A DNA stretch of 64,000 bases from Minisyncoccota bacterium (GCA_043781255.1 JAYWBQ010000028.1:16702-80701), one strand, 5' to 3'; numbered from the stretch's first letter, positions 29,251-39,116 are shown. Numbers and translations are program-made. The notes: generated by a model not told the origin, from the sequence alone.

Positions 29251-30408
29251 ATGAATACGAAAAAAACTTTACGTATATTTCTTGGTGCTACTCTTTTTAG
29301 TGTGAGTGCTGTATTTTCGCCTATATTTGCTGCAACAACTTTTGACAAAGCTGTGTGGATTCCATACTGGCGAAAGACAGAAGGTGCGAGCACAACACTT
29401 CCAAATTTAAATAAATTGACTCAGATCAGTCCTTTTGCTTTTGAATTACAGTCAAACGGCACAATAAAAAATGCGCTTAAGTTCGAAGATGAGCCATGGA
29501 CTACACTCATTACAGAAGCAAAGAAAAAGAAAGTAAAAGTGTATCCAAGTATTCTTTCATACCCTCATAACGAGAACGAAAAGTACGCATTCTATCTTCT
29601 TTTGGCACAACGAAACAGAAGACTGGCCCACGAAAAAGAAATTCTAGCACTTGTTAAAAAATATAATGTTGATGGGATCGATATCGACTATGAGGCAAAA
29701 ACTGCAGAGACGAGGGTCTACTTTTCTGCTTTCTTAACTGAACTTGCAACGTTACTTCATAATAATAAAAAACAACTGATCTGTACCGTGGAAGCTCGTA
29801 CGCCACCAGAAAGTAGGTATGCTACCACATCACAAATTGTGCTTTCAAAAGTTGAATATTCAAATGATTACAAAGTTATAGGTAAAGTGTGTGATCAGGT
29901 GCGTATCATGGCGTATGATCAGGCAGGGGATGATATGCAACTGGTCAATCAAAATACTGCCTTAGGAACTAGTTATAAACCTGTAGCGGATATTAATTGG
30001 GTAGAAAAAATCGCAACCCTTGCACTTCGTGACATTCCTGCAAAGAAACTTATTCTTGGTATTCCAACGTATGGTTATAAGTACGAAATAATTCCAGCGA
30101 CCGCAACAAGTAGTCAAAAATACGCACGTCTAGGCTCAATGAATTTTAATTATGCTGATGAACTAGCAAAGAGTCTTCGTATTACACCAACACGAAATAG
30201 CGCAGGAGAAATAAGCTTTACGTATGCAACCTCAACAGATATAAATGGCAACCAGTTAGGAAGTTTGAAGCAGTATCTTGTATGGTATTCAGACGCTACA
30301 GCTATCGCTGACAAAATCCGTATTGCAAAGTTATATAAATTAGGAGGAGTCGTTATCTTTAAGGTAGATGGAGGGAATGATCCGAATCTTTGGAATGTAT
30401 TGAAGTAG
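29251..30408 (+). CDS. Secreted glycoside hydrolase family 18 (chitinase-like) protein
   Basis: Signal peptide. DGIDIDYE matches the GH18 DGxDxDWE catalytic motif. Confidence 0.75.
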   Translation: MNTKKTLRIFLGATLFSVSAVFSPIFAATTFDKAVWIPYWRKTEGASTTLPNLNKLTQISPFAFELQSNGTIKNALKFEDEPWTTLITEAKKKKVKVYPSILSYPHNENEKYAFYLLLAQRNRRLAHEKEILALVKKYNVDGIDIDYEAKTAETRVYFSAFLTELATLLHNNKKQLICTVEARTPPESRYATTSQIVLSKVEYSNDYKVIGKVCDQVRIMAYDQAGDDMQLVNQNTALGTSYKPVADINWVEKIATLALRDIPAKKLILGIPTYGYKYEIIPATATSSQKYARLGSMNFNYADELAKSLRITPTRNSAGEISFTYATSTDINGNQLGSLKQYLVWYSDATAIADKIRIAKLYKLGGVVIFKVDGGNDPNLWNVLK

Positions 30409-30526
30409 GAGTTGGGAGCCAGTTTCTAGTACTTGGAAGTGTTGAGGTATGTATAAGATGAGGAGGTGAAGGATTTCCTCCTTATGTTCACTAGCCACTA
30501 GCCACTAGCCACTATATACTATCCCT

Positions 30527-31282
30527 ATGGAATTTACTTTAAAACTCGATCGCTTCGAAGGGCCTTATACAAAACTCCTCGAACTCATCGAGTCACGAAA
30601 ACTTTCTGTCACGGAAATTGCTCTTGTTGAGATTACTGATGACTATATTGCGTACATAAAAACCATGGACCAGAAAAATAGTATCGATATTTCACAGTTC
30701 ATTGTTGTGGCATCGACCTTAATGCTTATGAAAGCAAAGTCACTTCTTCCGGGAGTCGTCTACACCGAAGAGGAAGAGAAGCAGGTTAATGATCTTGAAC
30801 ATAAACTTGAATTGTATACACTTTTAGCTCGAGGCTCATATCTTATAGAAAGTATTTATGGGAAAAATGTTCTCTACTCTCGTCCACATATTCAATCAAA
30901 AGATTTCCACGTTTTTGTTCCAGATGAGCGAGTTACTCCAGCTTTTTTGCAGTCAATTATTTCTCTTACACTTGTGTCATTTGTTACTCCAAAAGCTCTC
31001 GTGAAAGTAGCTGTTGAGCAAGCGCTTCGCATTGAAAACGTTATTGAAAATCTTCTCAAGCGTGTACAAAATGCACAGTCAGTAAGCTTGCAAAGCATGA
31101 CTCAAAATGAAGGAACAAAAGAAGAACAGAAGAAGTCACTCATTGTTAATTTTATTGCACTTTTAGAACTTCTTCGAATAGGCACACTTTATGCAGAGCA
31201 ACATAGTGATGGTGGTGAAATAACTATTCTTACACTTCCCTCATCTTCTTTTCTTACCCCACAAGAACCTGTGGTACACTGA
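30527..31282 (+). CDS. scpA: Segregation and condensation protein A
   Basis: N-terminal FEGPYTKLLELIESRKLSVTEIALVEITDDYIAYI is a ScpA signature. It is followed by scpB. Confidence 0.8.
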   Translation: MEFTLKLDRFEGPYTKLLELIESRKLSVTEIALVEITDDYIAYIKTMDQKNSIDISQFIVVASTLMLMKAKSLLPGVVYTEEEEKQVNDLEHKLELYTLLARGSYLIESIYGKNVLYSRPHIQSKDFHVFVPDERVTPAFLQSIISLTLVSFVTPKALVKVAVEQALRIENVIENLLKRVQNAQSVSLQSMTQNEGTKEEQKKSLIVNFIALLELLRIGTLYAEQHSDGGEITILTLPSSSFLTPQEPVVH

Positions 31283-31291
31283 TTAATATAT

Positions 31292-31798
31292 ATGCTCGAA
31301 AAAGTTATCACACTTCTCTTTCTCTCTGGCGATGTTGTTCCTGTAAAAAAACTTGCAGATTTTTTAAATATTCGGCCAGAGGAATTGATAGAAAATGCCC
31401 CATACCTAAAAACTAAATTAGAAGAAGTAGGTCTTACACTTTTGGTGAGTAATGAAGGCTTTTCAATTGTTTCTACCGTAGCACAATCCGCACTTGTGGA
31501 AAGTTGGAGAAAAGAAGAACAAAAAGGCGACCTTACCCCAGCAACGCTGCAAGTGCTCACGTTAGTTGCATACTTAGGGTACCCAACCCGTGAACAAATA
31601 TCATACATTCGCGGGGTTCAATCATTACAATCAATCAGAACTCTCACGGTGAGAGGTTTGATAAATCGCGTAGGAGAAATATGCTCACTCACTGCTGATG
31701 CACTCAAACATCTAGGTGTGACAAGTGTTGAGCAGCTCCCAGAGTATGCAAGTATGCACAAAGATTTATTGGATAAGCTGCAAGCTCGTGAACTATAA
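31292..31798 (+). CDS. scpB: Segregation and condensation protein B
   Basis: Two winged-helix repeats (LLFLSGDVVPVKKLADFL...; LTPATLQVLTLVAYLGYPTREQISYIRGV). Confidence 0.8.
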   Translation: MLEKVITLLFLSGDVVPVKKLADFLNIRPEELIENAPYLKTKLEEVGLTLLVSNEGFSIVSTVAQSALVESWRKEEQKGDLTPATLQVLTLVAYLGYPTREQISYIRGVQSLQSIRTLTVRGLINRVGEICSLTADALKHLGVTSVEQLPEYASMHKDLLDKLQAREL

Positions 31799-31806
31799 GT
31801 ACGTGT

Positions 31807-32751
31807 ATGTTGCTTAATCCTAAAAAAGTAGAAGTTGATATTTTTGTTATATACAGTCTTTCAGTTTGTATTATTATAGTAGTTTCTATTCTTGCACTTG
31901 TAAAGAAACATGTAGCGCCTCCTCGGGTACAGCCTCAGAAAGAAACAATGTCTGTAATAAGTCAAACAATTTTATTTAACAAACATGCTTTTGATCATGT
32001 AAAAATTGAAGGTAGAGCGTATGTTGTATATGATATTCTTAGTAAAGAAACTATTGCTTCAAAAAATGAAACTACCAAGCTACCTCTCGCTAGTATTACA
32101 AAAGTCATGATGGCAATCAGTGCAACACTTCATAAAGAAAAAAATGAAAAAGTAACAGTTAGTCCAAAAAGTATTGAAGATGGATATGATCTTGGTCTTA
32201 AAGATAAACAAATCTGGGAACTCTCTGAGCTTTTAAAATATACCCTTGTCTTTTCTTCAAATGATGGAGCAGAAATAGTGGCTGATAGTTTTGGTGGAAA
32301 AGATATTTTTGTAACACAAATGAACGCTGATGCAAAAAATCTTGGTCTTAATATTTTATTCACTGATCCTGCAGGTAGAGATATTGGTGGAAAATTTGGG
32401 GGATTAGGAACAGTAACTGAAGTTGCAAAACTTTTTTCTGTTGCACGAAAAAATATTCCAGAGATTATGGATGCAACTACAAAAAAACGAGAAACCGTTA
32501 TCGTAAATGGGGGTAAGATGAGAGGTATTCCAAACACCAACCAAGCAATCGAATCTCTTTCAGGGGCAGAGGCTTCAAAAACTGGTTACACTGACATGGC
32601 TGGAGGAAATTTGGGAGTAATTGTTGATATTAGTATTGGTCGCCCGGTAGTCATTGTTGTACTAGGTTCAACCAAAGAAGGGAGATTTAAAGACATGAGT
32701 ATTTTATACAAAACATTACGAGAAAGTATTCTACATACAGATATACAATAG
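31807..32751 (+). CDS. D-alanyl-D-alanine carboxypeptidase (S11, PBP5-like)
   Basis: SxxK (ASITK), SxN (SSNDG) and KTG (KTGYT) in order. N-terminal TM anchor. Confidence 0.8.
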   Translation: MLLNPKKVEVDIFVIYSLSVCIIIVVSILALVKKHVAPPRVQPQKETMSVISQTILFNKHAFDHVKIEGRAYVVYDILSKETIASKNETTKLPLASITKVMMAISATLHKEKNEKVTVSPKSIEDGYDLGLKDKQIWELSELLKYTLVFSSNDGAEIVADSFGGKDIFVTQMNADAKNLGLNILFTDPAGRDIGGKFGGLGTVTEVAKLFSVARKNIPEIMDATTKKRETVIVNGGKMRGIPNTNQAIESLSGAEASKTGYTDMAGGNLGVIVDISIGRPVVIVVLGSTKEGRFKDMSILYKTLRESILHTDIQ

Positions 32752-32802
32752 TATAGAAATATTCAGAGTATTTCTAGCGTTTCCTGTGATATAATTTAAG
32801 CT

Positions 32803-33873
32803 ATGTTAGCACTTGATCCTTTTAAGGTATTGTTTCCTGCTGTTATTTCGTTCTTAATTGGTATTGTCATCGCCCCAATTATTGGAGGTTTTTTAGTACG
32901 TCACAAACTTTGGAAAAAAAAGAATGTGAAAATGACAATAGATGGAAAAGAAGCAACCATCACTGCCTCGCTCCATAACGACGAAAAAGCACCCATTCCA
33001 AGAATGGGTGGACTTGTCGTTGTCATTTCAGTATTCGCAACAGCGCTTATTTTGTGGCTAATTTCTAAAATATACCCAACTATTTTTACTGAGAAACTAG
33101 ATTTTATTTCCCGTAATCAAACATGGCTTCCACTTTTTGCGATGCTCGTAGGTGCTCTCGTGGGTGCACTCGATGATCTTTTAGTTGTCGAAGCGTTTGG
33201 TGGAAAACTTAACTCATACATCGGAGGTGGGTTATCTTTTCCTGTCAGACTATTTGCAGTTTCATCGTTAGGATTATTTGCAGGGTGGTGGTTTTATGCA
33301 AAGTTAGGGATTGACTACGTGTACATTCCTTTCTATGGAGATTTTCATCTTGGTGGATTTACTTTTATTTTATTTTTTGTCTTAGTGACACTTGCAACTT
33401 TTTCTACGGGGGTAATCGACGGAGTGGACGGTCTTTCTGGCGGTGTCATGTCAGCTGTCTTTACGGCGTATGGAATGATAGCTTATGTCCATGGGCAAGT
33501 TAATATCGCAGCACTTTGCTTTGTTATTGTTGGAGGAATTATGGCGTTCTTGTGGTTTAATATTCCGCCTGCACTTTTTTATCTCACAGAAACAGGAATG
33601 CTGGCTCTTTCTTTAGGGCTTTCTGTTATTGCCTTTTTAACAAATGCTGTTGTCTATCTACCTATTATTGCGCTCCCACTCATGATGACGACACTCTCAG
33701 TAATTTTACAACTCGTATGGAAGAAATTTTTTAAGCGAAAGTTATTTTTGGTTGCACCACTTCATCATCATTTTCAGGCCAAGGGTTGGCCGGCATACAA
33801 AGTAGTAATGCGTTACTGGATTGTTTCGTATATGTGCGCGATGCTTGGGGTTGTAATAGCTCTTATTAGTTAA
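32803..33873 (+). CDS. mraY: Phospho-N-acetylmuramoyl-pentapeptide transferase
   Basis: Polytopic membrane protein with DDLL and HHHFQ motifs. Lies in the mraY-ftsW-murG order. Confidence 0.8.
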   Translation: MLALDPFKVLFPAVISFLIGIVIAPIIGGFLVRHKLWKKKNVKMTIDGKEATITASLHNDEKAPIPRMGGLVVVISVFATALILWLISKIYPTIFTEKLDFISRNQTWLPLFAMLVGALVGALDDLLVVEAFGGKLNSYIGGGLSFPVRLFAVSSLGLFAGWWFYAKLGIDYVYIPFYGDFHLGGFTFILFFVLVTLATFSTGVIDGVDGLSGGVMSAVFTAYGMIAYVHGQVNIAALCFVIVGGIMAFLWFNIPPALFYLTETGMLALSLGLSVIAFLTNAVVYLPIIALPLMMTTLSVILQLVWKKFFKRKLFLVAPLHHHFQAKGWPAYKVVMRYWIVSYMCAMLGVVIALIS

Positions 33874-33879
33874 CAGTAT

Positions 33880-34980
33880 ATGTTCCAACGAGTTGACAAA
33901 CCACTCCTTATTACTATTCTCATTCTTCTTATTAGTGGACTGGTTATTTTCGGTTCGGCTGCTCTTGGTGTACTTGCGAGTAATGAAGTAAAGTTTTTCT
34001 CAATTATTAAGACACAGTTAATCTATGCATTATTAGGTGGAGGAATCGCACTTTGCCTAGGTAGTTTTATCCCGTATCAATCGTACAAAAAGTACGCATA
34101 TCCATTATTTTTTTTCGCATGCATAGCGAGTATTTGTGTCTTTGTTCCAGGACTATCACGCTATCACGGTGGGGCACATAGATGGATTGATGTAGGTTCT
34201 TTTTCATTACAGCCGAGTGAAGCCCTTAAATTTGCTTTTGTTGTCGTCGTTGCGTATTGGTGTACAAAGTACAGAAATTTTTTTAAAAATTGGAAGTACG
34301 GGTTTTTAGCCTACCTGGTTGGCTTAGGCTTTGTCAGTGTTATATTGCTTGCTCAGCCTGATTTTGGTACTTACTTGGTAGTTGCGGGAGCCTCTTTTAT
34401 TACATATTTTGTTGGCGGAGCACGAAAACGTCATATTCAATATCTGATACTCTGCGGGGTTGCTGGCTTTCTCTTGCTTATCCTTTTTAGACCGTACATG
34501 CTCGAACGAGTAAAGACATTTTTTAATAACACTCATGATCCACGAGGTTCTTCATGGCAACTAAACCAATCTCTCATTGCTCTTGGCGGTGGTGGTTTAA
34601 CAGGACGAGGATTAGGCCAAAGTGTACAGAAATTTAACTATCTTCCTGAACCAATTGGAGATTCTATTTTTGCTGTTTTAGGTGAAGAATTAGGGTTTAT
34701 AGGATCGATGTATCTCATCGTGCTATATGGTATAGTTAGTATGCGTGGGTATGTTATTGCAAAGGTTGCAGGAGATCAGTTTGGACGATTATTGGCAACA
34801 GGGATTGTCTCTATCATTCTCATTCAAGCGGCTCTTAATATCGCGTCCATGCTTGGAATTTTGCCACTAACGGGTGTTCCACTTCCACTTGTGTCTCATG
34901 GAGGGACGGCATTTCTTGCAGCTTTATTTGAGTTTGGGGTCTTGCTTAATATATCAAAGTCAACCACTAATTATCTATGA
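33880..34980 (+). CDS. ftsW: SEDS-family peptidoglycan glycosyltransferase FtsW/RodA
   Basis: About 10 TM helices. QPDFGT motif. Gene order. Confidence 0.8.
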   Translation: MFQRVDKPLLITILILLISGLVIFGSAALGVLASNEVKFFSIIKTQLIYALLGGGIALCLGSFIPYQSYKKYAYPLFFFACIASICVFVPGLSRYHGGAHRWIDVGSFSLQPSEALKFAFVVVVAYWCTKYRNFFKNWKYGFLAYLVGLGFVSVILLAQPDFGTYLVVAGASFITYFVGGARKRHIQYLILCGVAGFLLLILFRPYMLERVKTFFNNTHDPRGSSWQLNQSLIALGGGGLTGRGLGQSVQKFNYLPEPIGDSIFAVLGEELGFIGSMYLIVLYGIVSMRGYVIAKVAGDQFGRLLATGIVSIILIQAALNIASMLGILPLTGVPLPLVSHGGTAFLAALFEFGVLLNISKSTTNYL

Positions 34981-36083
34981 AAATTGTTATTACAGGAGCA
35001 GGGGGAGGACACTTTTATCCACTTATCGCAGTTGCAGAGCGTATTCGAAAAGAAATTTTTATTCAGAAGCTTATTCAGCCTGAACTCTATTTTTTATCTG
35101 ACAAACCATATGACGAAGAAGCTCTTTTTAATCTTGATTGTAAGTTTATAGAAATCCCAGCAGGGAAGTTGCGTCTTTACCCGTCCTTTCAAAATATTAC
35201 CGATCTTTTTATAACCATGCAAGGATGTCTTATTGCACTTTTTAAGTTGTATTCTCTGTATCCTGATGTTATCTTTGCAAAAGGGGGATACGCCAGTTTC
35301 CCAACACTCCTAGCTGCGAGGATATTATCGATCCCAGTTATTATTCATGAGAGTGATACTGTCCCAGGCCGCACAACAAAATGGGCAGGACAATTTGCTT
35401 CTCGTGTCGCACTTTCATATCCTGAAGCCTCTTTGTTTTACCCACAGGATAAAGTTGCGTTAACGGGTCAACCGATTCGTGACATACTGCTTCCACCTCA
35501 CGATTTTGAAAAAAAATATGTAAAGAAAGATCGTCCTGTAATACTTATCTTTGGAGGATCTCAAGGAAGCCAAGTTATTAATACTGCTATACTTGAGGCA
35601 CTCCCTAGGCTCCTTAACTCATATGATGTTGTCCATCAAACCGGAATAGAAAATCTAAAAGAAGTAGAAGAAGTTGCGAAACATCTTCTTGTTAATCATG
35701 AATTTAAGAATCACTATTTTGTTAATGGTTTTTTAGACGCAGCTTTATTTTATCCAAAAGTAGACATGGTTGTGACTCGTGCTGGGTCTTCTATGTTTGA
35801 AATGGTGTTATGGAGACTCCCAATGGTTGTTATTCCCATACCAGAGTCAATTAGTCGAGATCAAAAAAGTAATGCATACGCCATGGCTTCTCATGGAGTG
35901 GCAATGGTTCTTGAGGAAAATAATCTTGGTCCAAATGTACTCATTTCAACTATCTCAAGGATATTGGATAATGAAGATGAGTATAATCATATGATTAAAA
36001 ATGCCCATATCTTTGAAAATTCACGAAATGCTGCATCAACTATTGCACGAGAAATTGTTCGTATTTGTCTGAGTCATTTATAA
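34977..36083 (+). CDS. murG: UDP-N-acetylglucosamine--N-acetylmuramyl-(pentapeptide) pyrophosphoryl-undecaprenol N-acetylglucosamine transferase
   Basis: N-terminal ITGAGGGHFYPLIAVAE (GGTGGH-type motif). GT28 layout. Confidence 0.85.
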   Translation: MKIVITGAGGGHFYPLIAVAERIRKEIFIQKLIQPELYFLSDKPYDEEALFNLDCKFIEIPAGKLRLYPSFQNITDLFITMQGCLIALFKLYSLYPDVIFAKGGYASFPTLLAARILSIPVIIHESDTVPGRTTKWAGQFASRVALSYPEASLFYPQDKVALTGQPIRDILLPPHDFEKKYVKKDRPVILIFGGSQGSQVINTAILEALPRLLNSYDVVHQTGIENLKEVEEVAKHLLVNHEFKNHYFVNGFLDAALFYPKVDMVVTRAGSSMFEMVLWRLPMVVIPIPESISRDQKSNAYAMASHGVAMVLEENNLGPNVLISTISRILDNEDEYNHMIKNAHIFENSRNAASTIAREIVRICLSHL

Positions 36084-37414
36084 TAAATATCACTATCATG
36101 GAAAAACCTGTCATTACACGTCTTGCCCCTAGTCCTACCGGACTACTTCATTTAGGTACCTATCGTACTGCTGTTTTTGCATATTTATATGCAAAAAAAA
36201 ATGGTGGCAAGTTTATTGTGAGAATTGAAGATACTGACAAAGCAAGAAGTAAGAACGAGTATAAAGAAAATATCCTTGCAAGTTTGAAATGGCTCTCACT
36301 ACCGTACGATGCTTTATATATTCAAAGTGAAAATATTCTTTCGCACACAAAGCACCTCGAAAGACTTATTGATACAGGGGCTGCATATATTTCAAAAGAG
36401 GAAGCAAAAGATGGGAGTGGCGTTATGCGTGAACTTGTGCGTCTTAAAAATAAAGGTGAAGTAGTTATTTTCAATGACATTATTCGCGGAAGTATTGAAA
36501 CAAATACAACTGATTTGGGTGATTTTGTGATTGCAAAATCTATCACGGAACCACTTTTTCACCTTGCGGTAGTTATTGATGACCATGAAGAAGGCGTGAC
36601 ACACGTTATACGAGGTGAAGATCATATTGCAAACACACCACGACAAATTCTTATTTCTCGAGCTCTTGGATTCCCATCACCAAAGTATGCTCACCTTCCA
36701 CTTGTACTTGCAGAAGACAGAACAAAACTCTCAAAACGAAAAGGGGCACTTCCAGCAACAGCATATAAAGATATTGGGTATTTACCAGAAGCATTACTTA
36801 ACTTCATGGCATTTATTGGATGGAACCCAGGAGGGGAGAGGGAAATTTACTCCCTTGAAGAACTTATTTCACTTTTTGAACTTGAAAAAATACATAAAGG
36901 AGGAGCTGTTTTTAATAAAGAGAAACTCGCATGGATGAATAAAGAATATATGCGAATGCAACAAGAAGTAGATCAACTAGCTTCAGTGAAAAAATATTTA
37001 CAAGGATACGATGAGATTCTTCTTAAAAAACTTCTTCCAACTATTATTGATAGAATTTCTGCATACGGTGAACTTGTAGCAATTGAAGCTTCTGAGTTTA
37101 GTTTTTTTAAAAAATACCCAGAAATAAATATAGAAAAAATTGTTTGGAAAGATAGTGAAAAGAGCGAAGCAAAAATGCATCTCGAAAAAGTTATGGAACT
37201 TTTGGATGGAGTTGATTTCTCTACATCGTCAGCAATCAAAGAAAAAATTATGCCGTATGCAGAGGTGCATGGTAAAGGTAATGTATTGTGGCCACTCCGA
37301 ATGTCATTATCAGGCCAAGAAAAATCGATAGACCCGTTTACTATTTGCTATGTACTTGGATATAAAGAAGTCATGAGTCGTTTAAAACTTGTTTGTAGCG
37401 CCCTTGATTCATAA
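36065..37414 (+). CDS. gltX: Glutamyl-tRNA synthetase
   Basis: HIGH-type motif (PSPTGLLHLGT). KMSKS-type KLSKRKG. Likely start at MEKPVITR (36098). Confidence 0.9.
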   Translation: MSESFIINITIMEKPVITRLAPSPTGLLHLGTYRTAVFAYLYAKKNGGKFIVRIEDTDKARSKNEYKENILASLKWLSLPYDALYIQSENILSHTKHLERLIDTGAAYISKEEAKDGSGVMRELVRLKNKGEVVIFNDIIRGSIETNTTDLGDFVIAKSITEPLFHLAVVIDDHEEGVTHVIRGEDHIANTPRQILISRALGFPSPKYAHLPLVLAEDRTKLSKRKGALPATAYKDIGYLPEALLNFMAFIGWNPGGEREIYSLEELISLFELEKIHKGGAVFNKEKLAWMNKEYMRMQQEVDQLASVKKYLQGYDEILLKKLLPTIIDRISAYGELVAIEASEFSFFKKYPEINIEKIVWKDSEKSEAKMHLEKVMELLDGVDFSTSSAIKEKIMPYAEVHGKGNVLWPLRMSLSGQEKSIDPFTICYVLGYKEVMSRLKLVCSALDS

Positions 37415-38720
37415 CACTCATAGTATGCTACCTACTCGCTCTTTTATTTCTATATTTCTAGTTAGCTCACTTTTACTCTTCTGTTCACCTTCTTTTCTGA
37501 CTCATACAGTCGCTCAAACAGCAGAGCAGTTAAAAGGTAATCTTGATACCCTGTCATTACAAATTAAAGCACTTGATGATGAAATTAAAGCGTTCAACTC
37601 AAAAATTAGCAAAACCCAAGGAGAGGCAAAAACCTTAAAAGAAGCTCTTACTAAACTAGAACTTCGACGCACAGGACTTTCAAAAGATATTTCCTATACA
37701 AAACTTCGGATTAATCAGGCTGAGCAAAATATTAGTTTTACGCAAGGAAAAATTAAAAATACAGAATCAACGCTTGATAAAACTAAAAGTGAGCTTGGAC
37801 TCTCTTTGCGGTTACTTGTCCATAATGAACAGTCTCTCCCATATTTTGTAAGTGCTCTTGCAAAGGGTGCTCACATCTCTGATGCGCTTGACATCACAAA
37901 ACGTGGAGAGGAGTTTACCACTGCTGTTAATCAAAAAACCCGTGCACTTGTTGATACTAAAACAACACTCTCAATTCAAAAAGCTTCATACGAACAACAC
38001 AAAAATGTTCTTCTCACACTTAATCAAACATTAACTGACCAAAAGATTCTAGTTGATCAAACATCAAAGGATAAGAGTTCTCTTCTTTCTGAAACAAAAG
38101 ATAAAGAGTCGACATATCAAAAGCTACTTGCTGAGAGGAAAAAAAAGAAAGGTGAGTTGGAAGTGGAAATGCTTGATGTTGAAGCAAAACTCCAAACAAT
38201 CGTGGACTCAAGTAAAATTCCTAAATATGGAAAGGGGATTCTTCAATATCCACTTGATAATGTTATCATCACTCAGTACTTTGGTAACACACCATTTTCA
38301 AGTAAAAACCCTCAAGTCTATAATGGTTCTGGGCATAATGGGGTCGATTTTGGTACAAAGATAGGTACGCCAATTTTATCTGCGGCAGCTGGCAGAGTGC
38401 TCGGTACCGGAGATACTGATGCATCATGTAATGGTGTGTCTTATGGTAAATGGGTTCTCATTAGACACGGCAATGGACTCACATCGCTCTATGCACATCT
38501 TTCTGTTATCCAAGCAAAAGTCGGAGATGTCGTTACCTCACGACAAAAAATTGGGCTCTCAGGAAATACCGGGTATAGTACTGGTCCACACTTACACTTT
38601 ACCGTGTATGCTTCTGATGCAGTTCAAATAACAAAGTATGTTAGTAAAGTATGTGGGACAAATATGACTATGCCAATTGCTCCACGTGCAGGGTATCTCA
38701 ATCCACTATCTTATTTGTAA
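37389..38720 (+). CDS. M23-family peptidoglycan endopeptidase with an N-terminal coiled coil (EnvC-like)
   Basis: Signal or TM segment, then a long coiled coil. C-terminal GHNGVDFGTKIGTPILSAAAGRV...GPHLHF carries the M23 HxxxD and HxH motifs. Confidence 0.8.
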   Translation: MFVAPLIHNTHSMLPTRSFISIFLVSSLLLFCSPSFLTHTVAQTAEQLKGNLDTLSLQIKALDDEIKAFNSKISKTQGEAKTLKEALTKLELRRTGLSKDISYTKLRINQAEQNISFTQGKIKNTESTLDKTKSELGLSLRLLVHNEQSLPYFVSALAKGAHISDALDITKRGEEFTTAVNQKTRALVDTKTTLSIQKASYEQHKNVLLTLNQTLTDQKILVDQTSKDKSSLLSETKDKESTYQKLLAERKKKKGELEVEMLDVEAKLQTIVDSSKIPKYGKGILQYPLDNVIITQYFGNTPFSSKNPQVYNGSGHNGVDFGTKIGTPILSAAAGRVLGTGDTDASCNGVSYGKWVLIRHGNGLTSLYAHLSVIQAKVGDVVTSRQKIGLSGNTGYSTGPHLHFTVYASDAVQITKYVSKVCGTNMTMPIAPRAGYLNPLSYL

Positions 38721-38753
38721 TCTTTCTTATTACTACATATACTGTTTACATAT

Positions 38754-38861
38754 ATGCTTACCTTCACTATCCCCGCACTCATACTCCTAATGATCTTGGC
38801 GTTTCTTGTCGGAGCTCTCATTGGTGGGGTTATTATTTATAGAAAGTCTACGGGAAAATAA
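38754..38861 (+). CDS. Small single-TM peptide (35 aa), copy 1 of a tandem pair; not in the ORF track
   Basis: MLTFTIPALILLMILAFLVGALIGGVIIYRKSTGK. Hydrophobic core with a basic C-terminus. The first 11 codons match copy 2 with mostly synonymous differences. Confidence 0.45.
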   Translation: MLTFTIPALILLMILAFLVGALIGGVIIYRKSTGK

Positions 38862-38873
38862 TTCATCTAAATT

Positions 38874-38975
38874 ATGCTAACATTCACTATTCCAGCCTTT
38901 ATTCTCTTGTTATTTATGTGTGCTTTAGTTGGTGCAACATTTGGAATTTGGGTTGTTCTTATAAAGTGGAGGTAG
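38874..38975 (+). CDS. Small single-TM peptide (33 aa), copy 2 of the tandem pair; not in the ORF track
   Basis: MLTFTIPAFILLLFMCALVGATFGIWVVLIKWR. It starts 13 nt after the stop of copy 1. Confidence 0.45.
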   Translation: MLTFTIPAFILLLFMCALVGATFGIWVVLIKWR

Positions 38976-39079
38976 ATAATTTTTGGTAAAGGTGAAAGGG
39001 TGAGGGGAGAAGTCCCCTATTTAAACTAGGGTTAGTTTTTAAATGTTAATTTAAGAGTTACGAGGGTTAGTATTTCTTT

Positions 39080-39116
39080 TTATTCGCGAATAATACCCTG
39101 TGGCGTCAGCCCAGGG
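39080..39116 (+). repeat. Hairpin-repeat family, type-A copy
   Basis: TTATTCGCGAATAA perfect palindrome + TACC + CCCTG-TGGCGTCAGCC-CAGGG hairpin. Confidence 0.6.

Noticed and set aside
29046-29300. 84-aa plus-strand ORF
   Set aside because: It overlaps tRNA-Lys (29107-29179) on the opposite strand and the GH18 start. It is an artefact.
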